Shown here piece by piece: positions 62,236 through 64,000 of a stretch of 64,000 nucleotides of DNA. Numbering within the stretch: the stretch's first letter is position 1; the number at the start of each line of letters is the position of its first letter. Below the pieces are notes generated by a model, which made no database searches, was not told the origin of the DNA, and worked only from the letters and a program-made list of their open reading frames with translations. The position numbers were made by a program, and so were the translations under genes. This DNA is from a virus (lineage: Duplodnaviria > Caudoviricetes). The stretch lies in IMG/VR virus record IMGVR_UViG_3300021426_000009, positions 10,121 to 74,120 of that record; one strand, written 5' to 3'.

Positions 62236-62796
62236 ATGAGTAACGTGGCACTTCATACTTCGATTCTGGCTTTTATGCAAAAGCTGTACAAGCCCATATA
62301 CGTGTGGGCAAAGGCAAACCTCGCCACAAAGACAGAACTGAGCCAGAACGAGGCTGAACACCTCCACCCCATAAGCATCAGCTCGCTCACACCGTCGAGC
62401 ACGTTTGGGAAAAACTCAGTCATCGGCATCAACGGTGTGCTGTACCGCTCAACACAGGAGACAAGCAATTTCCCCGTGACACTTGTGGTGCAGGACGGAG
62501 CGTTCGTAACGAACGTCGTGAACGGCAAGGTAGCCTTTGTCGTCGCTGACCCTACCATCAAAAGCGGATGGGAGATATTCACGGACGCATCCATCGAGTA
62601 TTGGGTGGAAGCCCTGAATGCAGCCCTCTCTTCAAAGCAGGGCACCATCAGCGACATCGAGGCCATCAGGAGCAATTCCTCTGCTGCCGTCAAGCCGTCT
62701 GACACCTATCAGGTAGGAAATGTCTCGTACACTGTCGACGAGCTTCTGCAGGCTGTTGCAAACCTCATGTCGAAGACGGTGGTTGTTCAGAATTAG
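62236..62796 (+). CDS. Tail fibre-associated protein, paralogue of the C-terminal domain of 58915..59796
   Basis: Alignment by eye. Confidence 0.7.
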   Translation: MSNVALHTSILAFMQKLYKPIYVWAKANLATKTELSQNEAEHLHPISISSLTPSSTFGKNSVIGINGVLYRSTQETSNFPVTLVVQDGAFVTNVVNGKVAFVVADPTIKSGWEIFTDASIEYWVEALNAALSSKQGTISDIEAIRSNSSAAVKPSDTYQVGNVSYTVDELLQAVANLMSKTVVVQN

Positions 62797-62827
62797 AAAC
62801 AAGTAAAACATTAAATTCGTAAAAGAA

Positions 62828-63901
62828 ATGGATAGTATTTCAACTTTGAATGCTTTGAAGGCGGTTCAGGCTGCACTCTCGCAGGCTGCCCCTGGAGCTA
62901 ACCAGTACGTCATGCTCTTCAACGCTGATGGTACTCCTGCAAACAAGTACCCTGCACGTCAGCTTATTCAGGACATGGCAACGGCTGGTAACGGTATCGC
63001 AGTCTGCTCAACGGCTGCAGGTACTCCCGCTAAGGTAGTCAGCGTGTCTGACTTCATACTCTTGAAGAACGGTATCGTGAGTGTCCGCTTCACCAACGGA
63101 ATCAGCGTGGCCAATGCCACATTGAACGTCAGCTCGACCGGAGCAAAGCCCATTCAGATTGACGGCATAGCACTCCCTGCGAAGGCCATCCCTGAGAACA
63201 CTACGGTTGCGATGCAGTATGACGGATCTGCGTGGCAGATTATCGCTGTGAACAACTCTGCTGTTTCGTCGGACGAGCTGCTTGTTGACCTCGGCCTGCC
63301 ATCGGGACTGCGCTGGGCAACACGCAACATAGATGTCACACAGCCTAACAAGTTCGCTGCAAGCCCGTTCCAATACGAGTGCTCTTTCGTCTCTTGGGGT
63401 AACACGGAAATGTACAACCCAATCAGCGCATCTGCATTCCAGCACGACTTTGGAACGAACAACGAAGGTCCGTATGCCTCGACTCCTGGTGCTGCCCTGA
63501 CGGCAGACGCAGGTCTCGGCTACGATGCAGCGAGAGCCAACCTCGGAGGACCTTGGAGACTGCCTACGACCACAGAGTTCGCTGAGCTGTTCGCAAACAT
63601 CGACTATCTTGATGCCGATGGCGCTGTCATAGACGCTGCAACCGCTGACAAGCGTTGCAACTATAATGGTGTCATGGGTCTTAGACTCCGTTCTAAGATT
63701 AACGGCAAAGAGATATTCTTTGCTTGCTCAGGCTACGGTATTGGTACTTCTTGGTACGGTCGTGGTTCGAACGGCTACTACTGGTCTGCATCGCTCTACT
63801 CCGCAACGAATGGTCGGTACTTGTACTTCAGCAGTGGTGGTGTCGGCCCACAGGGCAACAACAATCGGTTCTTCGGGTTCGCTGTTCGGCCGGTTCAGTA
63901 A
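62828..63901 (+). CDS. Tail adhesin / receptor-binding protein with C-type-lectin-fold C-terminus (DGR target type)
   Basis: CSTAAGTPAK ... TLNVSSTGAKPI tail motif; VDLGLPSGLRWA, WRLPT..E..EL, G.YWS.SL and R..G.AVRPV. Confidence 0.85.
   Translation: MDSISTLNALKAVQAALSQAAPGANQYVMLFNADGTPANKYPARQLIQDMATAGNGIAVCSTAAGTPAKVVSVSDFILLKNGIVSVRFTNGISVANATLNVSSTGAKPIQIDGIALPAKAIPENTTVAMQYDGSAWQIIAVNNSAVSSDELLVDLGLPSGLRWATRNIDVTQPNKFAASPFQYECSFVSWGNTEMYNPISASAFQHDFGTNNEGPYASTPGAALTADAGLGYDAARANLGGPWRLPTTTEFAELFANIDYLDADGAVIDAATADKRCNYNGVMGLRLRSKINGKEIFFACSGYGIGTSWYGRGSNGYYWSASLYSATNGRYLYFSSGGVGPQGNNNRFFGFAVRPVQ
63720..63901 (+). repeat. Putative DGR variable region (VR)
   Basis: Variable positions use NNC/NNT codons (TAC, GGT, ATT, AGC, GGC, TTC) next to residual AAC AAC AAT; ends cggccggttcagtaa. 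No matching TR in the window. Confidence 0.7.
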
Positions 63902-63942
63902 TATCGTTCTGCCCAGCAGGACAAAACCAACCCTCTTTCATT

Positions 63943-63993
63943 CGGAAGCGTGCCACCAGGCCGCTCCCCAAGCGGCCACAAGGCACACTTCCG
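63943..63993 (+). other. GC-rich hairpin/cruciform downstream of the VR
   Basis: GGCCGCT-CCCCA-AGCGGCC extended by GTGCC/GGCAC and CGGAAG/CTTCCG. Confidence 0.7.
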
Positions 63994-64000
63994 CAATGGG

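Noticed and set aside
1-64000. Stop-codon reassignment
   Set aside because: Genes are long under code 11 and end in TAA, TAG and TGA; no suppressor tRNA found; only one in-frame stop seen.
62828-64000. DGR template repeat or reverse transcriptase inside the window
   Set aside because: No second copy of the VR and no RT motifs (YxDD) were found in the window.

Overview
The window is about 64 kb of a temperate, long-tailed (siphovirus-like) phage of a Bacteroidales host. The host call rests on TAnnTTTG promoters, SD-less translation starts and Bacteroides/Prevotella-type phage genes; Prevotellaceae is plausible but unproven. The phage appears unintegrated, since an attP (3' half of tRNA-Ser(GGA) with integrase arm sites) is flanked on both sides by phage genes. 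Gene order: integrase/attP; repressor-Cro switch; recombination (AAA/Sak4-like, nuclease, SSB-like, NinB, NinG) with an acyl carrier protein; helicase and replication initiator; accessory genes; a PRTRC ubiquitin-like cassette; a tRNA/tRNA-like array; a coupled operon of opine dehydrogenase, amidoligase-MTase-like-GNAT-like fusion, ParB-like protein and ATP-grasp ligase running into terS/terL; portal; MuF head protein with a toxin-like C-terminus; capsid with a BACON-like domain; tail genes; and a DGR-type target gene at the right edge. Lysis genes and any DGR TR/RT are not in the window. Two candidates for undescribed systems stand out. (1) A packaging-linked DNA hypermodification operon that appears to combine opine, amidoligase, ATP-grasp and Mom/GNAT-like chemistry. 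(2) A dispersed regulon of about 9 start codons sharing AAGAGCAATG, three ~130-bp repeated promoter cassettes heading accessory islands, and a promoter- and terminator-bounded ~80-nt RNA carrying the exact antisense of that motif. All family calls come from reading motifs by eye. No HMM, BLAST, tRNAscan or folding program was run.
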